Position numbers and translations under genes: made by a program
Notes under the pieces: generated by a model
Database searches by the model: none
Told to the model about the DNA's origin: nothing
What the model saw: the letters and a program-made list of their open reading frames with translations, nothing else
In this document: positions 18,950-27,877 of the stretch, piece by piece
Numbering within the stretch: position 1 is the stretch's first letter
Layout: each line of letters begins with the position of its first letter
Assembly (NCBI GenBank): GCA_963759785.1
Contig: CAVXAM010000006.1
Coordinates: forward strand, 18,389-82,388
DNA length: 64,000 nt
Direction of reading: 5' to 3'
Source: an uncultured Chloroflexia bacterium
GTDB lineage: Bacteria; Chloroflexota; Dehalococcoidia; Dehalococcoidales; RBG-16-60-22

Positions 18950-19990
18950 ATGAACGAACCTAAAAATAATCAGCCGAACAATAATGTACCCATGGAACGC
19001 AACATCGCCATGGAACTGGTGCGGGTTACCGAAGCAGCCGCGATGTCCGCCGCCCGTTATTTAGGCCAGGGCGATAAGACTCTGGTCGACCAATCGGCGG
19101 TTAACGCGATGCGTAACGTATTGGGTTTTGTACGCATGGACGGTGTCGTCGTCATCGGGGAAGGGGAAAAGGATGAGGCGCCGATGCTTTATATCGGAGA
19201 GAAAATCGGCGATGGTTCGGAGCCTAAAGTCGATATCGCCGTTGACCCTGTAGACGGCACGACCTTAACAGCTAAAGGTTTGCCTGGCGCTATATCCGTG
19301 GTAGCACTATCGGCCAGGGGCACGATGCACTGTCCCCTCAACCTGGTTTATATGAATAAAATCGTCACCGACGCCGAAGCTAAAGACGTTATCGATATCG
19401 ACGCGCCGGTAGCCGAAAACATCAGGCGGGTCGCCGCCGCTAAGAACAAGAGAATATCCGAAATAACCATCGTCGTCCTCGACCGGCCGCGGCATGAAAA
19501 ATTACTCAAAGACATCCGTGAAGCCGGCGCCAGAGTAAAACTCATTACCGATGGCGATATCTCCGCGGCTATTGAAGCCGCGCTGCCGGAAACGGATGTA
19601 GATATGCTAATGGGCATTGGAGGCACGACGGAAGGTGTACTCTCCGCCGCGGCGATACGCTGTATCGGGGGATGCATTCAATGCAAAGGCTGGCCCCGCG
19701 ATGAGAAGGAAAAACAAGCCGCTATCGACAAAGGCGAAGATTTAAAGAAAGTTTATACCACTGAAGATTTAATCAGCAGCGATGACGTATTTTTTGCCGC
19801 TACCGGCGTCAGTACCGGCGATTTATTAAAAGGGGTGCGGTATTTCAGCGGCGGGGCGTTCACCCAATCGATAGCGATGCGCGGCCGGTCCGGCACGATG
19901 CGCTGGATAGACGCCCGCCATAATTTCAATAAACTGGAAAAACTCGACTCTATGAGTTATGTAAAAGAGCGGCGCTGGTCTCAAGAATAA
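18950..19990 (+). CDS. glpX: Fructose-1,6-bisphosphatase class II
   Basis: VRVTEAAA, GEGEKDEAPML, AVDPVDGT, LDRPRH. Confidence 0.96.
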   Translation: MNEPKNNQPNNNVPMERNIAMELVRVTEAAAMSAARYLGQGDKTLVDQSAVNAMRNVLGFVRMDGVVVIGEGEKDEAPMLYIGEKIGDGSEPKVDIAVDPVDGTTLTAKGLPGAISVVALSARGTMHCPLNLVYMNKIVTDAEAKDVIDIDAPVAENIRRVAAAKNKRISEITIVVLDRPRHEKLLKDIREAGARVKLITDGDISAAIEAALPETDVDMLMGIGGTTEGVLSAAAIRCIGGCIQCKGWPRDEKEKQAAIDKGEDLKKVYTTEDLISSDDVFFAATGVSTGDLLKGVRYFSGGAFTQSIAMRGRSGTMRWIDARHNFNKLEKLDSMSYVKERRWSQE

Positions 19991-21373
19991 CTAGATGCTT
20001 CTTAACAGCATCCCCAAGCCCTTAAAGTTCATCTTAATTTCGCCCCAGCTAGTGCAGCGTCGCAGTCTTTGCCATATATACGCGGGACGCAGATAGAACT
20101 GACGGTAGGCGCGGCTGGTCCACTTTTCGAGGTCCTTACGTGTTAGATTATCGCTCTCGAAAACCGGGCTGGTAGGATTATCCGTCCCGGCATAAACGAA
20201 CTTCGCCCAATCAATCTCTCCCGGATTAATCTGTTTATATATCTCGTATAATTCCGTGCCGGGAAACGGGGTGGTCACTGAAAACTGGGCGAAGTCTACT
20301 TTTAGTTTCTTGGCGAAGTCGATGGTCTGCCGGATAGTCTCCGGCGTTTCTCCTGGCGAACCGAGCATAAAGTACCCGACGACCTGTAAGCCGACTTCCT
20401 GATGGGCGCGGATGGCTTTTTCAACCTGTTCCAGGGTTATGTCTTTTTGTAAGGTCTTGATTATTTCCGGCGAAGCAGATTCGATGCCGTAAGCGACTGT
20501 ATAGCAACCAGCCTCTTTCATGTGTTTGAGTAATTCTTTGTCTACCAGATTAACGCGCGTTTCGCAGGTCCAGGCGATTTTAAGTTTCTTGGCAATTATC
20601 CTGTCGGCGATGGCGTAGATTCGTTTTTTATCAAGCGTGAAGGAGTCATCGTAAAAAGCGATTTCTTTAACGCCGAACTTTTTGATTAAGTACTCCATTT
20701 CTTCAATAACGCGGTCGGGACTCTGCGCGCGAAACTTAGAGCCGAAAACCGGCTTGGAACAGTAGGCGCAGCGGTAAGGACAACCCCGGCTTGTTACCAT
20801 CGCGCCGAAAGGCATCGCCATGCCGTGCGGGGGGTGGGGTCGATATTTTTGCCACGGTAGTAAATGAAAAGCCGGGTAGGGGAGCGAATCCATATCGATA
20901 GGCGTTTTATTATCCGGGGTATGAATTACTTTGTCGCTTGATTTATAGCTTATCCCGGCTACCTTATCTAAAGGACGGTTGTTTTCTAATGCTTGCAACA
21001 AATCAATAACCGTAACGTCAGCTTCACCACGGACAATAACATCGATATCGTTAGTCGAGGCCAGTGTTTCTTCGGGAAGAAGCGTAACGTGAGGACCACC
21101 GAGGATTATTTTTAGATTGGGACTTTTTTGTTTTATATAGTGCGCGATAATTAGTGCCGTACCAATGGTCGGCGTCATCGCTGTAATACCAACGACGTCC
21201 GCATCGGTCACCAACCCCGCTATTTCTTCCGGCTTTAGTCCCAAAGCATTAGCTTCGAGTAATTTTACCTGGTGACCGGCTCTCTCTAAAATCGCGGCAA
21301 TTAAAGCTAAACCAAGGGGCGGTTGGGGATAGCGGGTATCCTGCGGCGGATTTATCATCGTTATCTTAAGCAT
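19991..21373 (-). CDS. Cobalamin-binding radical SAM protein
   Basis: PPLGL, GGPHVT (B12 domain), TSRGCPYRCAYC, GIESAS, TPFPGT. Confidence 0.92.
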   Translation of the reverse strand: MLKITMINPPQDTRYPQPPLGLALIAAILERAGHQVKLLEANALGLKPEEIAGLVTDADVVGITAMTPTIGTALIIAHYIKQKSPNLKIILGGPHVTLLPEETLASTNDIDVIVRGEADVTVIDLLQALENNRPLDKVAGISYKSSDKVIHTPDNKTPIDMDSLPYPAFHLLPWQKYRPHPPHGMAMPFGAMVTSRGCPYRCAYCSKPVFGSKFRAQSPDRVIEEMEYLIKKFGVKEIAFYDDSFTLDKKRIYAIADRIIAKKLKIAWTCETRVNLVDKELLKHMKEAGCYTVAYGIESASPEIIKTLQKDITLEQVEKAIRAHQEVGLQVVGYFMLGSPGETPETIRQTIDFAKKLKVDFAQFSVTTPFPGTELYEIYKQINPGEIDWAKFVYAGTDNPTSPVFESDNLTRKDLEKWTSRAYRQFYLRPAYIWQRLRRCTSWGEIKMNFKGLGMLLRSI

Positions 21374-21391
21374 TTTTTTAGAAGTGGACGA

Positions 21392-22525
21392 CTATTTCTT
21401 TTCTCGCGCTAAAGCGCGGATGATGAAACCGGTAAAGATACTGAACACCCCGACGACAATTAAGGATATCGTTAAAAGAGTATTGCCCGTCGGTAAAACG
21501 CCATAAATAGAATATAGATTCAACACCCTGATGCCAAAACCCAGCCCGACAATGACCATAATCAAGCCGCTTAACCCAAAGAACAATAGCGGACGCCGCT
21601 CTGAAATAATCGCTAATATCCTGGCGAAGATATTGGCGTCGTGTTTTCCTGTTTGCAGTGTCGAGAGTATGAAACCGGTAAAGATACTGAACATGCCGAT
21701 GACTATTAGAACTACCGAGACTAGAGTATTGCCGGTCGGTAAGACGTTACTTTCGGAATATAGTGTCAGTACTCTGATACCGAAACCTAAGCCAACAGTT
21801 ACAACTATAGCGCCCCCAAATCCGAAGAAAAATAGGGGACGCTGTTCCGATATCATAACCAGTATCCTGGTAAATACCCCCAACCCATGCCGGACCGGAT
21901 TCAGGGTCGAGCTGTCTTTGCTGTAGGTAACGTTAACGGGAACCTGGGTGACTTTTAGGTTCTTTTTATATGCCTGGGCGACCGTTTCGGCGGAAATAGC
22001 CATGCCCGTCTCCCTTAGCTCTAGAGTTTGTATCGCTTTGCGGGAAAAAGCGCGGAAGCCGCATTCGGAATCAGTCAGTGTGTCTTTGGCAAGCGTTTTA
22101 ACAGAGCGGAGAATTATCTTCTGCCCGATACGACGATAAAATGGTATCTTCTTTGCCTGCTCCTGCCGCGACCCGATAACAAGGTCACGGTCATTTTCGA
22201 GGATTGGCTTAATGAGTGCCGTAATCTCCTGGGGACAGTGCTGGGCGTCGGCATCGAGGATAACGAGGACATCGGGATTTATCTTTTTCGCCTCAGTGAA
22301 GATGCTTTGGATGGCGGCGCCGTAGCCGCTGTTTTTCTGGTGCTGGATGACTTTAGCGCCGGCAAGTTTCGCTATCTCAACAGTATCATCAGTGCTGCCG
22401 TCATCAACAACGATTACTTCATCAACATATTTTCGGGTTTGCAGCACCAGCGAGCCGATATACTTAGCTTCGTTAAAAGCGGGCATACCGGCGATAATTT
22501 TAGGCTTGGACTTTTTGTTTACCAT
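21392..22525 (-). CDS. GT2 glycosyltransferase (DPM1-like) with duplicated C-terminal TM module
   Basis: MPAFNE, VVDDGSTD, LDADAQH, DSECGFRA. Confidence 0.9.
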   Translation of the reverse strand: MVNKKSKPKIIAGMPAFNEAKYIGSLVLQTRKYVDEVIVVDDGSTDDTVEIAKLAGAKVIQHQKNSGYGAAIQSIFTEAKKINPDVLVILDADAQHCPQEITALIKPILENDRDLVIGSRQEQAKKIPFYRRIGQKIILRSVKTLAKDTLTDSECGFRAFSRKAIQTLELRETGMAISAETVAQAYKKNLKVTQVPVNVTYSKDSSTLNPVRHGLGVFTRILVMISEQRPLFFFGFGGAIVVTVGLGFGIRVLTLYSESNVLPTGNTLVSVVLIVIGMFSIFTGFILSTLQTGKHDANIFARILAIISERRPLLFFGLSGLIMVIVGLGFGIRVLNLYSIYGVLPTGNTLLTISLIVVGVFSIFTGFIIRALAREKK

Positions 22526-22588
22526 AGTGTCTCAGTTGGTTAATTATAACGTTGACTTATACTGGGAAGCAAGAGAAGGCTAATTGGT

Positions 22589-23695
22589 TTACTTTATTTT
22601 GATATAAGGAGGTTCATATATTGTAGTATGTTTATTATTATGACGGTTAGATAGATACTTTTTAATTTTCTTTTTTATGATTCTAAATATAAGCCTGCGA
22701 CTTATTCTTCTTGGAAAATCAATTATAGGTTTTTTACTAAGCCTTGATAAATATATTGGATTAGGAAACAGACTATAAAAATTTATCAAAAGTGAATCAT
22801 CGGCAGACAAATTAAAGAGTTTCGATTCTAGATAACTTTCTTTAATTGGAGAGTACACAGATTTATTAGTGGTTTCATTTAGTATCGCGTCATCTATACG
22901 TTGTTGAATATCTGAAAGCTTTGATAAGGCAAATGTCATTTCCCTTTTTACAGACATTGCACTAAAATAATTCATAAATGTAATAACAGTCACTACCTGA
23001 AGAAAAATAACTAATAATACTGGCAGAATAACACTAGTATCAGTAACATAAATAGATTTAAGTAATATCAAAGACCAAATTGGTAATGCAAAAAGTGCAC
23101 CAACGTAAATCAGCGTATACAAAAAGATTATTATCCAGTTAAAAGCTCGTAATTTTACAGAAACTAGCTTTTTCCTGTTTTTTTCTAAATCACCTATAAC
23201 TTTTGTATTTAATATTGGAAGAGTAAAGAATATTATACAAGAAATAATAGGTACAACTACTGGATATTCTATATCTGATCCAATTATATTCATTTCTTTT
23301 AGTACTAATGATACAAACGAAATGAAAAATAATATACCTATAGTTTTAAATAATGGAACTGCGTTTTTGAAACTCACTAGTAGTAAAAATAAATCTCTTT
23401 CAGACAACCTTGATCTTCTTGTAATACCTACTTTATTTTCTTTTTGAAGACTTCGACTCTTTACTAATGACCTTACCAAAGAAAACATGAGAACAATCCA
23501 CATCAAGAAAAATGAGGCTGGTATCCAGTAAAGAAGAAGCCCAAATTGTTTGCTCAAGAATGAAGTTATTACTAGTGAAATGAAAGCGCTAAGTAAACTA
23601 GAATCAATGCTTTGTATTTGAATTCCAATTAACCGCGAACTCTGTTCAACATTTTTACTTAATTCTCTAAAAGTATCGGAATATTTTTCTACCAA
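22589..23695 (-). CDS. AT-rich hypothetical multi-pass membrane protein
   Basis: 368-aa ORF with about 6 hydrophobic segments, visibly AT-richer than its flanks. Confidence 0.65.
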   Translation of the reverse strand: MVEKYSDTFRELSKNVEQSSRLIGIQIQSIDSSLLSAFISLVITSFLSKQFGLLLYWIPASFFLMWIVLMFSLVRSLVKSRSLQKENKVGITRRSRLSERDLFLLLVSFKNAVPLFKTIGILFFISFVSLVLKEMNIIGSDIEYPVVVPIISCIIFFTLPILNTKVIGDLEKNRKKLVSVKLRAFNWIIIFLYTLIYVGALFALPIWSLILLKSIYVTDTSVILPVLLVIFLQVVTVITFMNYFSAMSVKREMTFALSKLSDIQQRIDDAILNETTNKSVYSPIKESYLESKLFNLSADDSLLINFYSLFPNPIYLSRLSKKPIIDFPRRISRRLIFRIIKKKIKKYLSNRHNNKHTTIYEPPYIKIK

Positions 23696-23832
23696 ATGAT
23701 TTTATCTACCCCTGTTGAGAATTTTAACAAATCGTCACTAAAATTCTAATCTCCATTTATTTTTATGTCAATGATGATTTTTGCCCTTTTGACATCACTA
23801 GGTTTTCAAGATAAAATTAAAATTGCATCAGC

Positions 23833-23908
23833 GCGGGAGTAACTCAGTTGGTAGAGTTCCTGCCCTCCAAGCAGGCTGTCGCGGGTTCGAGTCCCGTCTC
23901 CCGCTCCA
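23833..23908 (+). tRNA. tRNA-Gly(TCC)
   Basis: GCGGGAG acceptor, U discriminator + CCA, CCTGC-CCTCCAA-GCAGG anticodon arm. Confidence 0.92.
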
Positions 23909-23919
23909 ATTTTTCCCTT

Positions 23920-24106
23920 GGTTGGTAGAGTTTCTCGATTTCTATCGGGACTATCGACGGGTTTTCCTCGGCTACGCTCGGAATAAACGAGTCCCGCTTG
24001 CCCTTCAGAGCTTCCATGGTAAGTTTATCGAACCATAGCGTTGAAGGGTCTCTCGCTCCACTTGTCCTGAGTTTATCGCAGGATTCATCCCGAGCTTGTT
24101 GAGGGA
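23920..24106. repeat. Degenerate REP-like intergenic repeats (RAGYTT.TCGA-type units)
   Basis: Similar units GAGTTTCTCGA, AAGTTTATCGAA, GAGTTTATCGCA, GAGCTTGTTGAG between tRNA-Gly and the kinase stop. Confidence 0.45.
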
Positions 24107-25219
24107 TTACCCCGGCGCTTCTACAGTAATCGTCGTGCCTTTACCGGGCGCGGACTGTACAGATATCGTCCCCCCGACGAGCTGGACGCGTTCCTGCATG
24201 CCGGCTAACCCGAGCTTACCATGCTTGGCTAAATCGCCGATTTTCCCGTCCAGTTTAAAGCCCTTACCGTTATCGTTAATTGTTATTTTCGTTCTGTTAT
24301 CAGTAAATTCTAAAGTAATATCGGCTTTAGTAGCCCCGGAATGCCGCCAAACGTTACGCAGTGCCTCCTGGATAATGCGGAACAGGGCTATTGCCACTTC
24401 TTCGGGCAAACGGTGCTCCTTACCCAGGATACTAATGTTAGTAGCAACACCGGAGTATTTAGTCACTTCCTCCGCCAGCCATTGCACCGCCGGTAGCAAA
24501 CCCAAACGGTCAATCGCCGCCGGACGCAGGTCCTGGCTTAAGCGTCGCACTCCCTGCAGGACGCTATCCGTCTGATGCCAGAGTCCTTCGAGTCTCTTTT
24601 TAACGTCCTTTGACAAACCGTTACCGCTAGCCAGGGCATCGAGCTGCCGCGAAAGCACCACTAAAGCCTGCACGGTATCATCATGAAGCTCGTGGGAGAT
24701 ACGCTTTCTTTCTTCCTCCTGCGCACGGGTAGCCTGCTGGAGGTAGAAGTGCAGGTTTTCGTTCATTTTTTTTTGCTCGGTAATATCGCGGGCGATGTTC
24801 TGAAAACCCACCGGCTTGCCTTTATCGTAGATAATACTGGTAGAGAGTTGTATATAAGCTTCGGTGCCGTTTCGCCTGATAACGCGTTGTTCGTAAGGCT
24901 GTTCTACCGGCTCATTGTTTAGTAATTTGGTCCTGACGCGATGGGCTAAATCAAGGCTTTCTTTAGATAAAAAACTCCGGGCGTTGCCGTTATAAAGCTC
25001 TTCCCAGCTGATGCCGATCATCTTTATCGCGGCTTTATTAGCATTAATAAAATTACCGTCGAGGTCATGTGTCCAGATGCCGTCGATAGCGTTATCGAAA
25101 AGGTTGCGGTATCTTTCTTCGGAAGCCTTTAAAGCCTGCTGGGTTGCTTCGAGACGGACGCGATAGTCCCACTTCTCTCGGAACCAGCCGCATAATCTGT
25201 TAAATAATGCAATCTTCAG
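24107..25219 (-). CDS. PAS-domain sensor histidine kinase (HisKA_3, NarX/DesK-like)
   Basis: EERKRISHELHD, QEALRNV.RH, DNGKGF, GLAGMQER. The PAS domain continues upstream of ATG 25021 to a proposed CTG start at 25219. Confidence 0.88.
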   Translation of the reverse strand: MKIALFNRLCGWFREKWDYRVRLEATQQALKASEERYRNLFDNAIDGIWTHDLDGNFINANKAAIKMIGISWEELYNGNARSFLSKESLDLAHRVRTKLLNNEPVEQPYEQRVIRRNGTEAYIQLSTSIIYDKGKPVGFQNIARDITEQKKMNENLHFYLQQATRAQEEERKRISHELHDDTVQALVVLSRQLDALASGNGLSKDVKKRLEGLWHQTDSVLQGVRRLSQDLRPAAIDRLGLLPAVQWLAEEVTKYSGVATNISILGKEHRLPEEVAIALFRIIQEALRNVWRHSGATKADITLEFTDNRTKITINDNGKGFKLDGKIGDLAKHGKLGLAGMQERVQLVGGTISVQSAPGKGTTITVEAPG

Positions 25220-25881
25220 GGTATATCCTCCAGCGTCACCCAGCCCTCTTTTAAAGCCCGGACGACCGCTTCCGTCCTCGAGCTTACCTGGAGTTTATTA
25301 AAGATATGCCCGAGGTGCGCTTGCACCGTACGCAAGCTTAAGCAAAGCTCGTCGGCAATCTCCTGGTTGCTTAAGCCGCGGGTCGCCAGTTTCAGGACTT
25401 CTATCTCGCGGTCGCTTAACATTTCGACCGACCTTTTAGTTGCCGTCTTACCCGGGGTGGGGACGAAGCGGTTAAGCACTTTACGGGCGATGGCGGGGTG
25501 GAGTACCGATTCGCCAGCGTGCACCTGCCGTACCGCGTCGATAAGCTCGCGGCCGCGGACGCTCTTAAGTAAATAGCCGGCGGCACCAGCTTCCAAAAGA
25601 CTAAAAACAAACTGGTCGTCGTCGTAAGCGGAGAGTATCAGGACAGCGACGGAGGGGTAGAGAGCCTTAATTTGTTTAGTGGCTTCGATGCCGTCGACGC
25701 CGGGCATAGCGATATCTATTATCGCTACGTTAGGTCTGGTAGCTCCTGCCAGTCTGATAGCTTCGGCGCCGTCGGCGGCTTCGGCGACGACATCCATATC
25801 CGGTTCTTGCACTAATATCTGGCGTGTGCCGTCCCGTACAACAGCGTGGTCGTCGGCGATTAAAATTCTGATTTTATCCAT
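25216..25881 (-). CDS. NarL/LuxR-family response regulator
   Basis: ADDHAVVR, DIAMP, GYLLK, LSDREIEVL..GLSNQEIA. Confidence 0.95.
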   Translation of the reverse strand: MDKIRILIADDHAVVRDGTRQILVQEPDMDVVAEAADGAEAIRLAGATRPNVAIIDIAMPGVDGIEATKQIKALYPSVAVLILSAYDDDQFVFSLLEAGAAGYLLKSVRGRELIDAVRQVHAGESVLHPAIARKVLNRFVPTPGKTATKRSVEMLSDREIEVLKLATRGLSNQEIADELCLSLRTVQAHLGHIFNKLQVSSRTEAVVRALKEGWVTLEDIP

Positions 25882-26070
25882 ATGTCCCTCTATGTAACTC
25901 TATCATACACCCAGTGTAAGGTCGACTCAATATAGAACTAGTACCGTATTTTGTTAAGCAGTTATACCTAACAGCCTCGGCTCTCAAATAGGCATTAAAA
26001 CGGAATAATTTATTGACTCTTAATTGATAAGATAATGGTGTAAGGACAGTAGGGTAGAGGTTGACATAAT

Positions 26071-26205
26071 ATGAATTGGCAAATAGCAATAGCCGTCTTA
26101 ATCGCGATACCGGTAATGATCTTCCCGGCTGCTTTACTGTGGTACATCAATCCCGGCGGTATCTTTTCTATCTTTAAAAACAAAAACACTTTGCGCGAAA
26201 AATAA
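26071..26205 (+). CDS. Small single-TM protein, 44 aa (not in ORF track)
   Basis: MNWQIAIAVLIAIPVMIFPAALLWYINPGGIFSIFKNKNTLREK; GAGG upstream. Confidence 0.65.
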   Translation: MNWQIAIAVLIAIPVMIFPAALLWYINPGGIFSIFKNKNTLREK

Positions 26206-26246
26206 AGGGGAAGTACTTAATAGAATTATCAGCGTTGAATAATACC

Positions 26247-26297
26247 TAAAGGGGTGATTAGGCGAAGACTGCACACCGAATCACCCCCTTATTTTTT
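26247..26297. terminator. Probable bidirectional terminator
   Basis: GGGGTGATT...AATCACCCC stem between convergent genes, T-run after it. Confidence 0.6.
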
Positions 26298-26599
26298 TAC
26301 CAGGGATTTTCACGATTTTTCAGGGTATGTATCAGGTCGTCGATAGGGATGGCGGTTAACGTCAGGGTCTGGGTGGTGCCTTTAGCGCTTAAGCGTATCG
26401 CCAGTTTAGCCACAGCTTCATTACTCGGAGCTTCGATGATATTGACGAAATCATACTGGCCGAGTAGGGCGTACTGGATGATAATCTTACACCCCATAAA
26501 CTCGACTTCTTTATTAATTGCTTTAAGCAGCTCCGGGTCATCCTGTAAAGCCTTGCGTCCGGTATCGGTAAGGGTTGTCAGCATCAGATAAACAGACAT
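26297..26599 (-). CDS. GYD-domain protein
   Basis: YALLGQYDFV, TQTLTLTA; AAGGAGG RBS. Confidence 0.88.
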   Translation of the reverse strand: MSVYLMLTTLTDTGRKALQDDPELLKAINKEVEFMGCKIIIQYALLGQYDFVNIIEAPSNEAVAKLAIRLSAKGTTQTLTLTAIPIDDLIHTLKNRENPW

Positions 26600-26671
26600 C
26601 TCGACCTCCTTACGTGTCTAGCATGTTCATATTAGAAGGTATTTTGTAATTTTTGTCAATATCATTAAAAA

Positions 26672-26801
26672 TTCCCTCTCTCCCTCCCTGTATCAAGTAC
26701 GGGGCAGGCTTTTACGAAAGAGGGACGAAAGAATACGTAATGAATGTTCATAATTTAAAAAAAGTGTTGTCTCCCTTTGGTAAAGGGAGATTAAGAGGGT
26801 T
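26672..26801. repeat. Palindromic intergenic repeat (CCCTTT..AAAGGG type)
   Basis: TCTCCCTTTGGTAAAGGGAGA palindrome and TCCCTCT...AGAGGGA arms. Confidence 0.4.
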
Positions 26802-26856
26802 TTTTCATAGTTATGTTATAATGTAGCGATATTATTATAGGAAGGGCGGGGTAGTC

Positions 26857-27255
26857 ATGCCCGATAACGTTAAAGACCTGAAAGTTAAAGAAAAGAACGA
26901 ACCCATCGCTTCGTTTTTAAAGATGAAACTGGTAGAGCTTAAGCCGGGGTATTCTAAAGTAACGATGAAGCTCCTGCCGGAGCACGTTAACTTCAACGGG
27001 ATGGTCTTCGGGGGCATCGTTATGGCTATCGCCGACCAAAGTTTCGCCTACGCCACCAACTCGCTGTTAATGCCCTCGATCGCCACCCAATTCAATATCC
27101 ACCTGATAGCCGGCGCTAAAGTCGGTGACGTATTGACCGCCGAAGGACGTGTTATTAAAAGCGGGCGGCGTATCGGGGTCACCGAAATGACGGTTACCAA
27201 CCAGGACGGCAAGCTAATCGCTAAAGCTACCGGGACGACGGTGGTGACAGGATAA
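26857..27255 (+). CDS. PaaI-family hotdog thioesterase
   Basis: HVNFNGMVFGG..IAD, GKLIAKATGT. Confidence 0.9.
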   Translation: MPDNVKDLKVKEKNEPIASFLKMKLVELKPGYSKVTMKLLPEHVNFNGMVFGGIVMAIADQSFAYATNSLLMPSIATQFNIHLIAGAKVGDVLTAEGRVIKSGRRIGVTEMTVTNQDGKLIAKATGTTVVTG

Positions 27256-27346
27256 AAGTGTTTTTCTAACTATCTCTTGACAACATGTACTTCTAAGATT
27301 ATTATTGAAATTACTTTACCTGAGAAAATTTTGAAAACGGAGACAT

Positions 27347-27547
27347 ATGAATATTTTTAAATGGTTTTTCAAGTGGAAATTTTTAACCATTATCAGTAGA
27401 CTTCTCGGCGGTATTTTAATCATCGGTGATATTTTGTATGTCTGGCACCTTGGTTTTAACAGCGCTACTTTTAGTGATTGGGCAACTACTTTGTGGGTTA
27501 TCGTTGTCGCTCTTATAGGACTTTTTTTGGTTTTTGTATTCAAATAA
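27347..27547 (+). CDS. Small AT-rich two-TM protein
   Basis: GGAG RBS, TTGACA promoter upstream, 66 aa, hydrophobic. Confidence 0.6.
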   Translation: MNIFKWFFKWKFLTIISRLLGGILIIGDILYVWHLGFNSATFSDWATTLWVIVVALIGLFLVFVFK

Positions 27548-27558
27548 TATATAAGATA

Positions 27559-27636
27559 GTGACGGAGATGACGGTAACCAACCAGATGGGCAAGCTAATC
27601 GCTAAAGCCACCGGCACGACGGTGGTGACATCTTAA
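27559..27636 (+). repeat. Second copy of the paaI 3' end (direct repeat of 27178..27255)
   Basis: 66/78 nt identical, same codon phase, ends in TAA. Confidence 0.9.
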
Positions 27637-27666
27637 AGAAGTAAAAATCGACTTTTTCGTCTCGTA

Positions 27667-27873
27667 TTGACAGTCTTCCTAATAATATGTTAATCTATAC
27701 CGTTATATGAAAACGTCAACCTATTTTTACGAGTTGGAAAAACTAAACTTCATCTTTATCGAGCGCACCAAAGGTGCGCAGGGGAGGTTTTGCAGTTCGT
27801 AAATAGATTGATTAGCTTATTATAGTTATTATTGTTAGTTAAAGATTACCTCCCCAGCGCGGGAGGTTTTTTT
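27667..27873 (+). promoter_or_regulatory. Promoter plus candidate attenuator leader
   Basis: TTGACA-18-TAATCT; leader ORF 27707..27802; antiterminator arm GGGGAGGT 27781..27788; terminator ACCTCCC-CAGCGC-GGGAGGT-T6 at 27848..27873. Confidence 0.6.
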
Positions 27874-27877
27874 ATGG

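Noticed and set aside
23920-24106. Possible CRISPR array
   Set aside because: Units are short, degenerate and irregularly spaced; no cas genes
27816-27842. LIIVIIVS codon run resembling an ilv leader peptide
   Set aside because: Directly preceded by an in-frame TAG with no start codon; AT-rich sequence gives such codons by chance
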